A stretch of 64,000 nucleotides of DNA, taken from positions 460,952-524,951 of the forward strand of contig WELA01003054.1 of NCBI GenBank assembly GCA_009602735.1. The letters are read 5' to 3'. Numbering within the stretch: position 1 is the first letter of the stretch; every line of letters starts with the position of its first letter. The DNA comes from Mesotaenium endlicherianum (taxonomy: Eukaryota). Made by a program: the position numbers and the translations under genes. This document shows positions 36,826 to 48,327 of this stretch, piece by piece. The notes under the pieces are model-generated. The model saw only the letters and a list, made by a program, of their open reading frames with translations. It searched no databases and had not been told where the DNA came from.

Positions 36826-37539
36826 TGTAATGAATCAGTATATTGGTTGATATAATATTCATTTAAATAATATAGTTAAATAGCTTGCTGAACTCTAGTT
36901 AATATCGAGTCTGCTGGACTTTATTAAATCATCAGTTTAATGACTCAGTCGGAAGCAGCAGGTTGAAGTCAACTTAGGTCAGCTTGCTGACAAATTCTTT
37001 GACAGTCAGCTGACTTCCGTAGTCGGTCGCAGCGTACTGCCTAGATATGCATCTAAGTGTGGTGTGCTAGATGAATGGCCAGATGACATCCTTAGGATGG
37101 ATGGCGATTCGGGATGATGGGAGATGGCGGTGGATTTGGTTAACCGAGGTCCTACCAACGTGGTTAACTCCCGGGTAGGCGGTGCCATCGCACTGACCGT
37201 TGAACAGTAAACTCATTCCATGTACATATGCTAGGCATTGCTCTCGAGTTCGGCATTCGGAAACGAGGCCAACTCTCTTGTACAGCTTACTGAGAGAGAT
37301 CTGAATCCAAGGCAAGAAGCCATTGATACGCACTGTCTTCTAACCTTGCTTATGTATGAGTTTACTGATTTGCATTATTGATGCTAGTTTACTCGCATTT
37401 GACTTACGAGTATTATTCACTGCTAGTGTGTTGTCCTTTGCCGTTTAACCAGTTAACGAAAAATACCATAAAGATTACTTGTTGATATAAAGATCTTTAT
37501 TAATTGTTATTTGCCTATTTGGTAAGTTGATTCATTTCA
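36826..37539 (+). repeat. B1 3' LTR
   Basis: Nearly identical to the 5' LTR; follows PPT GGTGGAGGGAT. Confidence 0.95.
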
Positions 37540-37839
37540 GTTGCTCAGCTAAGCACAACTCAAACCAATTGACACTAGATGCAAGAAGATGCCAAGAGCT
37601 CCTCAATGGTTAAGTTTATTTTGACAAACGCTTCCTAAATAGTGCCTAAAAAGTGAATCTAAAACTTGGGGAAGTTTTCTTAGCGGTAGGTGATGCAACC
37701 ACCATTTTATAGCTAGTTTGGTGCACTTCAACTATGAAAATAGAAGAATAATGTGTCGTAGGGAGCTCGCGGATTTCTGCGTAAGTAGAGAGCCTCCTTT
37801 GAGATCGCAAATAGCCCAAAATGTGACCTTGGTGCAAGT

Positions 37840-39806
37840 TGAAATGAATCTTGCTTATTCAAGATTGATATACTTCATTTAGATATATAAGATCAGAGAT
37901 AGGTGGAAGCGTGTGAAATCAGGGAGCGATCTTCGCCCTTATAATGAATCCCGTTTACTCATCTATAACCCTTGACTCACTTACCGTACTGTGCCACAGT
38001 TGCATACTGTAATGAATCAGTGTATTGGTAGATATAATATTCAATTAAATATAATAGTTAAATAAGTTCAACATGCTGAAATTTAGTTAATATTGAGTCT
38101 GTTGCACTCTATAAAACAATTAGTTTAATGACTCAGCCGGAAGCAGCAGGCTGAAGTCAACTTAGGTCAGCTTGCTGACACATTCTTTGACAGCCAGCTG
38201 ACTTCCGTACTCGGTCGCAGCGAACTGCCTAAATATGCATCTAAGTGTGGTGTGCTAGATGAATGGCCAGATGACATCCCTAGGATGGATGGCGATTCGG
38301 GATGATGGGAGATGGCGGTGGATTTGGTTAATCGAGGTCCTACCAACGTGGTTAACTCCGGGGTAGGCGGCGCCATCGCACTGGCCGTTGAACAGTAAAC
38401 TCATTCCATGTACATATGCTAGGTATTGCTCTCAAGCTTGGCATTTGAAAACGAGGCCAACTCTCTTGTACAAGTTATAGAGAGACATTGAATCCAAGGC
38501 AAGAAGCCATTGATACGCACTGTCTTCTAGCCTTGCTTATGTATGAGTTTACTGATTGCATTATTGATGCTAGTTTATTTCCATTTGACTTGCGAGTATT
38601 GTCCACTGCTAGTGTGTTGTCTTTTGCTGTCTAATCAATTTGCAAAAATACCATAAAGATCTTTATTAATTGTTAATCGCCTATTTGGTAAGTTGATTCA
38701 TTTCACACACTAATACAAGGCACAAGAAAGAGGCAAGCTTGAGGACTAGAGCTTCTCTTTTAGAAACTCATGGCCTCTTGCCTACCAGACATACAAGCAT
38801 GTATAAGCACATACACATCATCAGGGGACTGAGTAGCAAAGGCGCTCTCATTCGGATGACCATAAAGTAGCTAAAAGACATCCCACTAACTTAGGTGCAA
38901 AACCATAGAATCTGTCCGCTGTGTGACCCCAAAATGTCAGAGGACATAACTCTGTCAATACTACTCCAAATTGAGCAAACTTAACAACAACGATTGCATC
39001 TTGACGAGACCTTTCTGAAAAGTCCTAGTTCGTTCCGTTTGAGGCACAGACGAAGCAACCATGTCAATTTTTGTGAAGGCTAGTCATTAGAACGAACCCA
39101 AAAGTGCACACATGACTTGCAAGTAGAAATCCGACTGTACAGCCTACTGTCCAGAATGAGGGACCACAAGATCCCAGCCTGCTATGTACCTAGTGACCAC
39201 CTGGTTGACCACGGCGCAAGGTGCGCCGATTCGTGGAAAACCCGTTAAGCTGGGACCCACGGATCTAGGTATAACGACCATATTAATTGGTCAGTTGACT
39301 GAAGTCCTAACTGTTCAGTTGACTGACGACGGCTCCACCTACCCAGAAGTCAACCACACTAGTAGAACATCGGCTTACCGAATCTTGGTCAACCTCTCGA
39401 CTTTCAATATACTCTGGTCACATGTGCCATACTTTGGTCACATGTGCCAATCTATAAATAATTATCTATCCTCAGCGCACTGAGTCCAAGTATACTCACT
39501 ATTATTATACGAGCTTACTCCATATCAACGTACTAGTATTATGTCCTACATATATAGAGGTTATCTCAGCAACCTATACTCTGATACAAAACGTTATCCT
39601 GCTGACCTTTTCGACAAAGTCAGCAAACCACAATATAATACAAAAGTCATCGTGGTGACCTTTTCGACAAAGTTAGTAAACTCGCATTCTATCGACAAAC
39701 ATTCATTTAGATGAACTCGCACATGTGACTATATTGACATAATACATATTTAGTGTTGTATTTATATATGCAATTAATCAAATAAATAATGAACTGTTTC
39801 ATTACA
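37840..39806 (-). mobile_element. Family F solo LTR (~1.26 kb net) with nested B solo LTR
   Basis: Termini tgaaatgaatc.../...gtttcattaca; TSD CAAGT at 37835-37839 and 39807-39811. Strand assigned by analogy with B termini. Confidence 0.75.
38008..38705 (+). mobile_element. Family B solo LTR
   Basis: Complete B LTR, no PBS or PPT; TSD CATAC/CACAC. Confidence 0.92.
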
Positions 39807-39827
39807 CAAGTCTAGTCACACGTTGGC

Positions 39828-40329
39828 TGTAGTGAAACAGATAGATAAAGTACTCAGTAAAATAGAATACTTCATCTTTTCAAGACAAGGATCTTTGAAC
39901 ACAAGTGGTAACTTCTTAAAAAAGAGATGATTTCTTGAAAGTTGCTATATTTCTGGAATTTGGCAAGTACAAGAGTGCTTCTGAAATGCCTTTTTATGTT
40001 CTAGCTTTTGTTTGGGGTTTGTTACGTAAGTAATTTCTAGGAAAGTGCATGTTGATGTGTTGGCACCCAACACATCTCAAAACTTGTCACCTCTTTCTAT
40101 AATAATGTACACATGTCCTTTTGACCTAAAAATGACATATTTGAGTTCTGCTACATGGAGTTCTTCTAGGTTCTTCCTCTAACTTTGAAAATGCCTTGGA
40201 AGGTTCAAAGGACATAAACCAAGTCACTTGAGTATCTATTCATACATGAATCCATACAATACTACTCCAAATATATTCAAAAGCATTAAAATATAAGCAA
40301 ACTAATATATCATAACTCAGATCACTACG
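39828..40329 (-). mobile_element. Family A solo LTR
   Basis: Complete A LTR; TSD TTGGC at 39823-39827 and 40330-40334. Confidence 0.92.
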
Positions 40330-40599
40330 TTGGCCTTTGGGGACTTTTTGCTAAAGACCGGTAGGTGACGCGGATTTAAACGTAAATATTTCCTCGAAAA
40401 TGATCCAAACGACGCGAAAGCAATCCCATCCAAAAATTGACTCAACGCTCCACACCTTCATGGCTTTGAAATTTAACAATGAGCATCATCTATAGATGTG
40501 TAAATTCAAATACAAGATAATTTTCCTGGATTGACCTTTCATCCACTTGTAGCGTCATTTTGTGCATCGATTTTGACTGAGTAAATCATGACATACTTT

Positions 40600-40960
40600 T
40601 ATCATTCAATGGCTTAATGCGATGGCACTGCCTATCCGAGCATTAATCACAACGATAGGATCTCGGCTATCCAAAAGTACAACCAATTTCTATCATTTTG
40701 TATCGTTATCTGCCTAAGGCGTCATTTGGTCCTTTCATTTAGCATATCAAAACAGATGCATTGCTAGACAGGTGGCCACTTCCGCCAAGAAAGTAAGCTG
40801 GTTTTTAAGGAATGTGAACAAGCTGACTCAAATAGACTTCAGCCTGCTACCATAGGTTGAATAATTATATTGAGTCATGAGTAGAGTTCACCCGACTAAA
40901 CCCATTTAAGTAATATATTTAGCTGAATCAATTTTCCTAACATTGTTATGATTCATTTCA
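40600..40960 (-). repeat. Old B-related LTR remnant
   Basis: Patches such as gcgatggcac.gccta.ccg, caagctgact and gacttcagcctgct match the minus-strand B LTR. Confidence 0.5.
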
Positions 40961-41095
40961 AATATCGATGGATTGTTGAGCACAAACATATGTAAAATAT
41001 ATGTGGTTATATTTCGTTTATATGCATCAAATATCGCATATCGAGTAATCTCTAACACGGCGGATAGATGGTCATTAAACGAAATTGACTTTCAT

Positions 41096-41798
41096 TGTAA
41101 GGTCATAGGTTTATAAAGTGCATTTTTCAGTTTTATGAAAGTATGTTTTGATTGCATACAACTCTATAATGCATTTATGTGGTCATATTGATATAAAGTT
41201 CATCGAATTTGGTCAAGTATTGAGACAGTTATGGATTTCCAAAGTTTAATTAGTTTTGAGGTCGGTTGACGACTGTCCCTAATTTGCGGTGAGCGCGACC
41301 GTCGGATTGACCGACAGCGTCGAGCGATCTGGCCCGTTATAATGAACTGGAACCTTCACGTAAGTTCGGCTGACGCGGAGTGCCGACTAGGTCGATTTAC
41401 CTAGAAGTTTCGATTTAGCCTAGCGCGTCTAAGATAGAATATTCTAGTGATGTCGATGCATGTATGTGGACGTCAGTTCGGCCCGACACGTCAGATTAGA
41501 CTGATCTGGCTTACTCACGAATATTCTGGAAGTGACGATTTGACGAACACTTAAATTCCGTAGCTTCCTCCTAGGGAGGAGCACTTAGGCAAAAAATTAT
41601 AAATAGGCAAAACTTCTTTGTTTCTTATGAGTTTTCACTTCTTTACATTTCTACGGGTTTGTATTGACAAGGCCTTTCATCCTACACCATTTGTGAGCAG
41701 TTTCTTGCCACTCAAAATGTCAAGTAATTTTTCTAAGCTTTCTTAGTGATATGCCACTGCACTCTTTAGTATGATTGCAACTAGTTCCTTTCCTCGTG
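41096..41798 (+). repeat. C2 5' LTR, main part (remainder now inverted at 54089-54126)
   Basis: Starts tgtaaggtcatagg and stops ~40 bp short of the U5 end at TSD TCGTG. Confidence 0.92.
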
Positions 41799-42477
41799 TG
41801 AAAGGGGCAGAGTGCCCTTGTGGAAGCGTAGTAACTCACGAGGAAAGGAACTAGTTGCAATCATACTAGAGAGTGCAGCGCCATATCACTAACAAAGCTT
41901 AGGAAAAATACTCAACATTTTGAGTAGCAAGAAACTGCTCACAAATAAACTAGGATGCAAGGCCTTGTCATTACAAACCCGTAGAAATTTACAGAAGTGA
42001 AAACTCATAAGAAACAAAGAAGTTTTGCCTATTTATAATTTTCTGCCTAAGTGCTCCTCCCTAGGAGGAAGCTACGGAATTTAAGTGTTCGTCAAATCGT
42101 CCCTTCCAGAATATTCGTGAGTAAGCCAGATCAGTCTAATCTGACGTGTCGGGCCGAATTGACGTCCACATACATACATCGACATTACTAGAATAGTCTA
42201 TCTTAGACGCGCTAGGCTAAACCGAAACTTCTAGGTAAATCGACCTAGTCGGCACTCCGCGTCAGCCAAACTTACGTGAAGGTTCGAGTTCATTCTAACG
42301 GGCCAGGTCGCTCGACGCTGTCGGTCAATCCGACGGTCGCGCTCATTGCGAATTAAGGACAGTCGTCAACCGACCTCAAAACTAATTAGACTTTGGAAAT
42401 TCATAACTCTCTCAATACTTGACCAAATTCGATGAACTTTATATCAAAATGACCACAAAAATGCACTCTATACTACT
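41799..42477 (-). repeat. C solo LTR inserted antisense in the C2 LTR (its first ~67 bp now at 54132-54198)
   Basis: tgaaaggggcag...ctatactact; cut by the B2 insertion at TSD CTACT. Confidence 0.92.
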
Positions 42478-44225
42478 TGAAATGAATCAACTTACCAAAT
42501 AGGCGATTAACAATTAATTAAGATCTTTATATCAGCAAGTAATCTTTATGGTATTTTCCGTTAACTGGTTAAACGGCAAAGGACAATACACTAGCAGTGA
42601 ATAATACTCGTAAGTCAATTGCGAGTAAACTAGCATCAATAAAGCCAATCAGTAAACTCATACATAAGCAAGGTTAGAAGACAGTGCGTATCAATGGCTT
42701 CTTGCCTTGGATTCAGATCTCTCTCAGTAAGCTGTACAAGAGAGTTGGCCTCGTTTCCGAATGCCGAACTCGAGAGCAATGCCTAGCATATGTACATGGA
42801 ATGAGTTTACTGTTCAACGGTCAGTGCGATGGCACCGCCTACCCGGGAGTTAACCACGTTGGTAGGACCTCGGTTAACCAAATCCACCGCCATCTCCCAT
42901 CATCCCGAATCGCCATCCATCATAGGGATGTCATCTGGCCATTCATCTAGCATGCCACACTTAGATGCATATCGAGGCAGTTCGCTGCTACCGAGTACGG
43001 AAGTCAGCTGGCTGTCAAAGAATGTGTCAGCAAGCTGACTTAAGTGGACTTCAGCCTGCTGCTTCCGGCTGAGTCATTAAACTGCTATTAAATATTAAGT
43101 CCAGCAGACTGATTATTAACTAGTGTTCAGCAGGCTGAACTTAATTAACTATTATACTGAATATTATATCAACTAATATACTGATTCATTACAATCCCTC
43201 CAACTTAACTTGTTGTCGCCTCGACAACGTTAAACTGCAAAGCCTTAAATAAAGTGATTGAACCTGACCAGCCTCCCTTACTGACTGCCTCTTCAGCCTG
43301 TCACCTTAAGGGGTTGTTCCTGGGGCTTCAGGATCAGGAGACGGAGATCTGGACCTGGATCTGAACAGCCCTCTAGGTCTGTCAGCTGACCTTCTAAAGA
43401 ACCCTGTTTGCTCTAAAGTTGGACCTCGAGGAGAACGAAGGATAGTAGCCTGCTCTTCACCCACTTGGGTGTTGATCCCCACATAGACAGGCATTCCAGT
43501 AGGATGCTGAAATACATTGGCTAGAGGTACATGCCCTTGAGCGGAGGGGGAGGCCGGCATACCTCTGGCCCACCCGCGTGTCCCTCACCTGGCACTCTTG
43601 TCCTCTGGGGACTTCTGCCTGTGTCTGCTGCCCAGTACAGTCAGATCAGCTTCTTCCCCTGCTTGGGCAGGTGGGCTGGGGGAGCGAGCGCGGGGTCCAG
43701 TAGTCGCCATAACGGGGATCACATTCCAAATACCTGATCGTGGTTCTTTAAGAGGCGCCCCTACCTGTCCCTGGGTATCCTGAGTACCTGCTGCTGATGC
43801 TTCTCCTCTGCCCTGTTCTTCTTCCTCAGCCTCCTCATCCTCCTCCTCGGAGACAGTAGGGGTCTCGTCCACTAAGTCGTCCTGCTCCCTAGTAGACATG
43901 GAGTAGTCTACCGACCTCTCTTTCTTAGGGCGCGCTGGAGGTTGCTTGGCCTTCAGCCTGCTGATATCTATCCGGCCTGCATTCTTTGCCCATTTGACAA
44001 AGGCATGCTTTCCCTTCGAGAAGTAGTCTCTTCCCCTCCTCCTATGCTCCTTGGTCTCTGCATTCATATTGCTCAGGCATCCATTCAGCCTCGGATCCCA
44101 AGGGGCAATGGGAGGTGGTAGGATGAGATAGCCGTCTAGGCCATAGTGGAAGTCATCTGGTTGGGCTCGGTCACACTCCTGCTTCTTATTTGTGACGGTC
44201 ATCCACCTCCAGTCTGTTGGCTGCT
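42478..44225 (-). mobile_element. Family B copy B2, 3' part (3' LTR 42478-43193, PPT, ORF3b C-half)
   Basis: B LTR plus PPT; TSD CTACT pairs with AGTAG at 54194-54198. Confidence 0.92.
43306..44220 (-). pseudogene. ORF3 variant b, C-terminal half
   Basis: PTDWRWMT..LPPPIAPWDPRL..FSKGKHA..GMPASPSAQGHVPLANVFQHPTGMPVY; joins in frame to 60585-61343. Confidence 0.85.
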
Positions 44226-45497
44226 TGTAGTGAAACGGATAGATTAAGTACTTAGTGAAATATAATACTTTATCTATTCAAGACAAGGATCTTTGAACAC
44301 AAGTGGTAGCTTCTTGAAAGAGAGATAGCTTCTTGAAAGTTAATATATTTCTGGATTTTGGCAAGTACAAGAGTGATTCTAGAATGTCTTTCTATGTTCT
44401 AGCTCTTGTTTATATACTTGCTAAATAAGTAGCTTCTAGGAAGGTTTATGTTGATGTGTTGGCACCCAACACATCCCAAAACTTGCCACCTCTTTTTATA
44501 ATAATGTACATATGTCCTTTTGACCTAAAAATGGCACATTTGATTTTTGCCACGCGGAGTTCTTCTAGGTCTTTCCTCTAACTTCGAAAATGCCTTAGAA
44601 GGTTCAAAGGACATGAACCAAGTCACTAGAGTACCTACTCACACTTGAATCCACACAATACCACTCCAAATATATTTGAAAACATTAAAGTATATGCAAA
44701 CTAATATATAATAACTCAAATCACTACATCATCCCCCCGATAGAAAAAGCGACGTCTCGGCGCGTCAAGTCAGGTCTTACACATGTGGAGCAAACTAGTC
44801 AACAGTTTCAAGTCAGATGCCACACATGTGAAGAGGACTAGTCAAAGGCGCCAAGTCAGGTGCTACACATGTAAGGTAGACTAGGCAAGGTCGTAGGTGG
44901 TGTGACCTTATTGGCTAGCCTACTCCTTAATGATAAAGAAAATTGTACAAGTTGGCCCAGAATCTGCCACAAATTCAAAAATTCATAGCGGCCACAGAAC
45001 TGCTCCAAATTTAAAAATTTGAAGGCCAGACGGACCGCGTCAAGAAACTCTACCGGGTCACCAAATTTGAGAGCATTCTAATATCTGGAGTGTCGTTGAG
45101 AGCTGAGAGAGTAGGCACTCCTCCAAATCTGTGCAGAAACTTCTGAAAAGCATAAGTCCTTCTATACTTCTCCAAATGCTGCAAAATAAGTCTCAAACTG
45201 GGCGTTGAAAGATGTTTTACCAGAGTCTTGAGTTTCAGAGCATTCCAAGATCAGGGAAAGGCACAATGTCAGAAGGCATATTCTGCCCTAACAATGCCAG
45301 CAGCCTGACCCCCTTCTACTTAGAGCATCATATCTCTCTCACCAGTGCTCCAAATTGAGCAAACGTGGACTCTAAATGACCAACTACTCATGGTCTACAG
45401 CCAGGTAAATTTACAGAATTTATTATGCAGAGACCTATCACCAGTAGCAGTTTTAGTTTTCTGTCCAGAAACTGCGAGAAGAGAAGAGTGTCTAATG

Positions 45498-47283
45498 TCA
45501 ATTTTTCCTCTTTCTTGTTCTTGCAGGCTGCCTCCAAGGGGTCTTCTGCTGCTTCTTGATGGTGGCAGGCTGCCTCCCTGAAGTCTTCGGGCTTCTAGTA
45601 GAGAGACTTGGGGCTGGTCCAAGATGGGGGTTGGCGGCATGGAAGCGCTTCAACTTTCTCTGAACTTTGTCAAGGTAGTGCGCCGCCACCCAACTATTCT
45701 CCGAATCTGGATATCCTTTCCACTTGATCAAGTATTGCTGCTGTCTCCTGAAATTTCTCATAGCCACTATGTCTTCCACTTCGTACTCCAAATGATCATC
45801 CACTATTGTTGGGGCTGGTGGGGTTGTCACACGTCCTGGGAACTTGTTGTCGGGTTGCACATACGGCTTGAAGAGGGAAGCGTGGAATACGGGATCGATG
45901 TGCATAATCTGGGGAAGTTCTAGCTTGAAAGCAACGGGGTTGACTTGCTGGATAATCTTGAGGGTCCCAAATACTTGGGAGAGAACTTGCTGCCGGCAGG
46001 CCTNAGAGAACTTGCTGCCGGCAGGCCTATTGTTTAGAGAAATATTCTTGGATGATAGTAACACGTTGTCACCCACTCTGTACGTAATTTCTGTTCTGGA
46101 CCTGTTTGCGACTTTTGCTCGAGCATCTTGCGCCTGTTGTAGAGCTTTCTTCGCTGCTGTAAGGGCCGCTTCTAATGTCTCCATAAAATCTGTTGCTGCA
46201 GGTACTTCATCATGGCCAGCCGTGAAGCTCAGCGGCGTGGTCAGATGGAAGCCATAGTTGAGGAAGAATGGGGACTCTTAAGTAGAGGCCTGCGTCGTGT
46301 TGTTGTAGGCAAACTCCAGGGGGGTCAAGTACATGTTCCAATCGTGCTCCGGAGTAGACACTTAGGCCTTTAGAGAGGTCTTTAGGGTACAATTCATACG
46401 CTCGATTTGCCCATCTGATTGCGGGTGGTAGGCAGTGGACATATCCAGCGATGTACCCAAGTTCTTGAAGAGATTTTTCCAAAAATGGCTTGTGAATCTT
46501 GGATCTCTATCCGACACAATTCTTGATGGTAGTCCATGGAGTCGGAAGATGTTGTCAAAGATGAGTCTTGCAAGTTGTGGTGCTGTAGCCTTAGTCGTCG
46601 TGGGAATAAAATGAGCCATCTTGGTAAGTCTGTCCACCACCGTGAGTATTGCATTATGGCCTCGAGGTGTCACGGGCAGGTCCACGATAAGGTCCATTGA
46701 GATGTCCGTCCATTGTCTTTCGAGGATTCATAGTGGTTGGAGGAGTCCTCCCGCCTTTTGCGATGATGGCTTGATTCTTTGGCGTGTGTCACAGCTCCTG
46801 CGGTACTCATGGACTTGCTTAGACATGCCTGGCCAACAATAAGTCCTGGCTAGAACGTTCGTGGTCTTTAGAATTCCAAATTGTCCTCCAAGAGGGTTGT
46901 CGTGTGCTTCTCGTAGAAGCAAGAGCCGGAGGTCTAAGTCATCAGGAACACATCTCTGGCCCGTATCTTGCCTCACCCAATAATTGCCTTCTTGCTTCTT
47001 GCATGGGTCCAAGGCTGCTTCTCCGTTCTTGTAGTAAGGGTCTCTTTCATAGGCGGCTGAAAATCGAGCTTCCAGACCTGTCTTCAGGGATGTCATCACT
47101 GCGTTTAATTGCAGTCTTGAGAGGGAGTCAGCCGGGTTTGTCTTGCCGGGCTGGTACTGAATCATGATGTTGTATNATGATGTTGTATTGTTGCATTTAT
47201 TGGCTCCATCTTGCTTGTCTCCTTGAGAGATACGGCTGCGTCTGGAGGTGCTTCAACGCGTCGTGGTCCGTAGTGACCAGCAC
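45498..47283 (-). pseudogene. pol: A4 end of RNase H, integrase and chromodomain, decayed
   Basis: ORFs 46728..47165, 46362..46697 and 45498..46184 are homologous to A2 pol. Confidence 0.92.
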
Positions 47284-48108
47284 TGTAATAAATCAGTATA
47301 TGGGTAGATATATTATTCATTTAATTATAATAGTTAATTAAGTTCAATTTGCTGAACTTTATGTAGTATTGAGTTTGCTGGACTTTATATGATTATCAGT
47401 TTAAAGGACTCAGCCGGGGGCAGCAGGCTGTAGTCAACTCAAGTCAGCTTGCTGACTCATTCTTTGACAGCCAGCTGACTTCCGTACTCGGTAGCAGCGA
47501 ACTGCCTCGATATGCATCTAAGTATGGTATGCTAGATGAAAGGCCAGATGACATCCCTATGATGGAAGGCGATTCGGGATGATGGGAGATGGCGGTGGAT
47601 TTGGTTAATCAAGGTCCTACCAACGTGGTTAACTCCCGGGTAGGCAGTGCCATCGCACTGGCCGTTGAACAGTAAACTCATTCCATGTACATATGCTAGG
47701 CATTGCTCTCGAGTTCGGCATTCGGAAACGAGGCCAACTCTCTTGTACCGCCTACTGAGAGAGCGCTAAATCCAAGGCGAGAAGCCATTGATACGCACTG
47801 TCTTCCAACCTTGCGTATGTATGAGTTTACTGATTGCAATACTTATGCTAGTTTACTTGCATTTGACTTACGAGTATTGTTCACTGCTAGTGTGTTGTCC
47901 TTTGCTGTTTCATCAATTAATGAAAAATGCCATAAAGATTACTTGCTGATATAAAGATCTTTAATAATTGTTAATCGTCTATTTGGTAAGTTGATTCATT
48001 TCAGTGGTATCGGAGCTGTTATCACAGTCTTCTTTGTATGGTAAGGACAAGGTCTCAAACTAGCAACTCCCGAGACATGGAGAACCAGGATAACGAGAAT
48101 GTCAAAAA
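47284..48108 (+). mobile_element. Family B copy B3, 5' stub (LTR 47284-48003, PBS, first ~70 nt of gag)
   Basis: B LTR, TGGTATCGGAGC, MVRTRSQTSNSRDMENQDNENVK, then an abrupt switch to A sequence. Confidence 0.92.
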
Positions 48109-48327
48109 GTCTGTCCACTACCGTGAGTATTGCATTATTCCAAAGTGTCCTCCAAGAGGGTTGTCGTGTGCTTCTCGTAGAAGCAAGAGCCGAAGGTCTA
48201 TGTCATTAGGAACACATCTCTGGCCCGTATCTTGCCTCACCCAGTAATTGCCTTCTTGCTTCTTGTATGGGTCCAAGGCTGCTTCTCCGTTCTTGTAGTA
48301 AGGGTCTCTTTCATAGGCGGCTGAAAA

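Larger units (their letters stand above)
28729..37539 (+). mobile_element. Family B chromovirus copy B1, full-length, gag-pol-ORF3
   Basis: LTRs at 28729-29448 and 36826-37539; TSD GTTGC at 28724-28728 and 37540-37544; PBS 29450-29461; PPT ~36815-36825. Confidence 0.97.
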
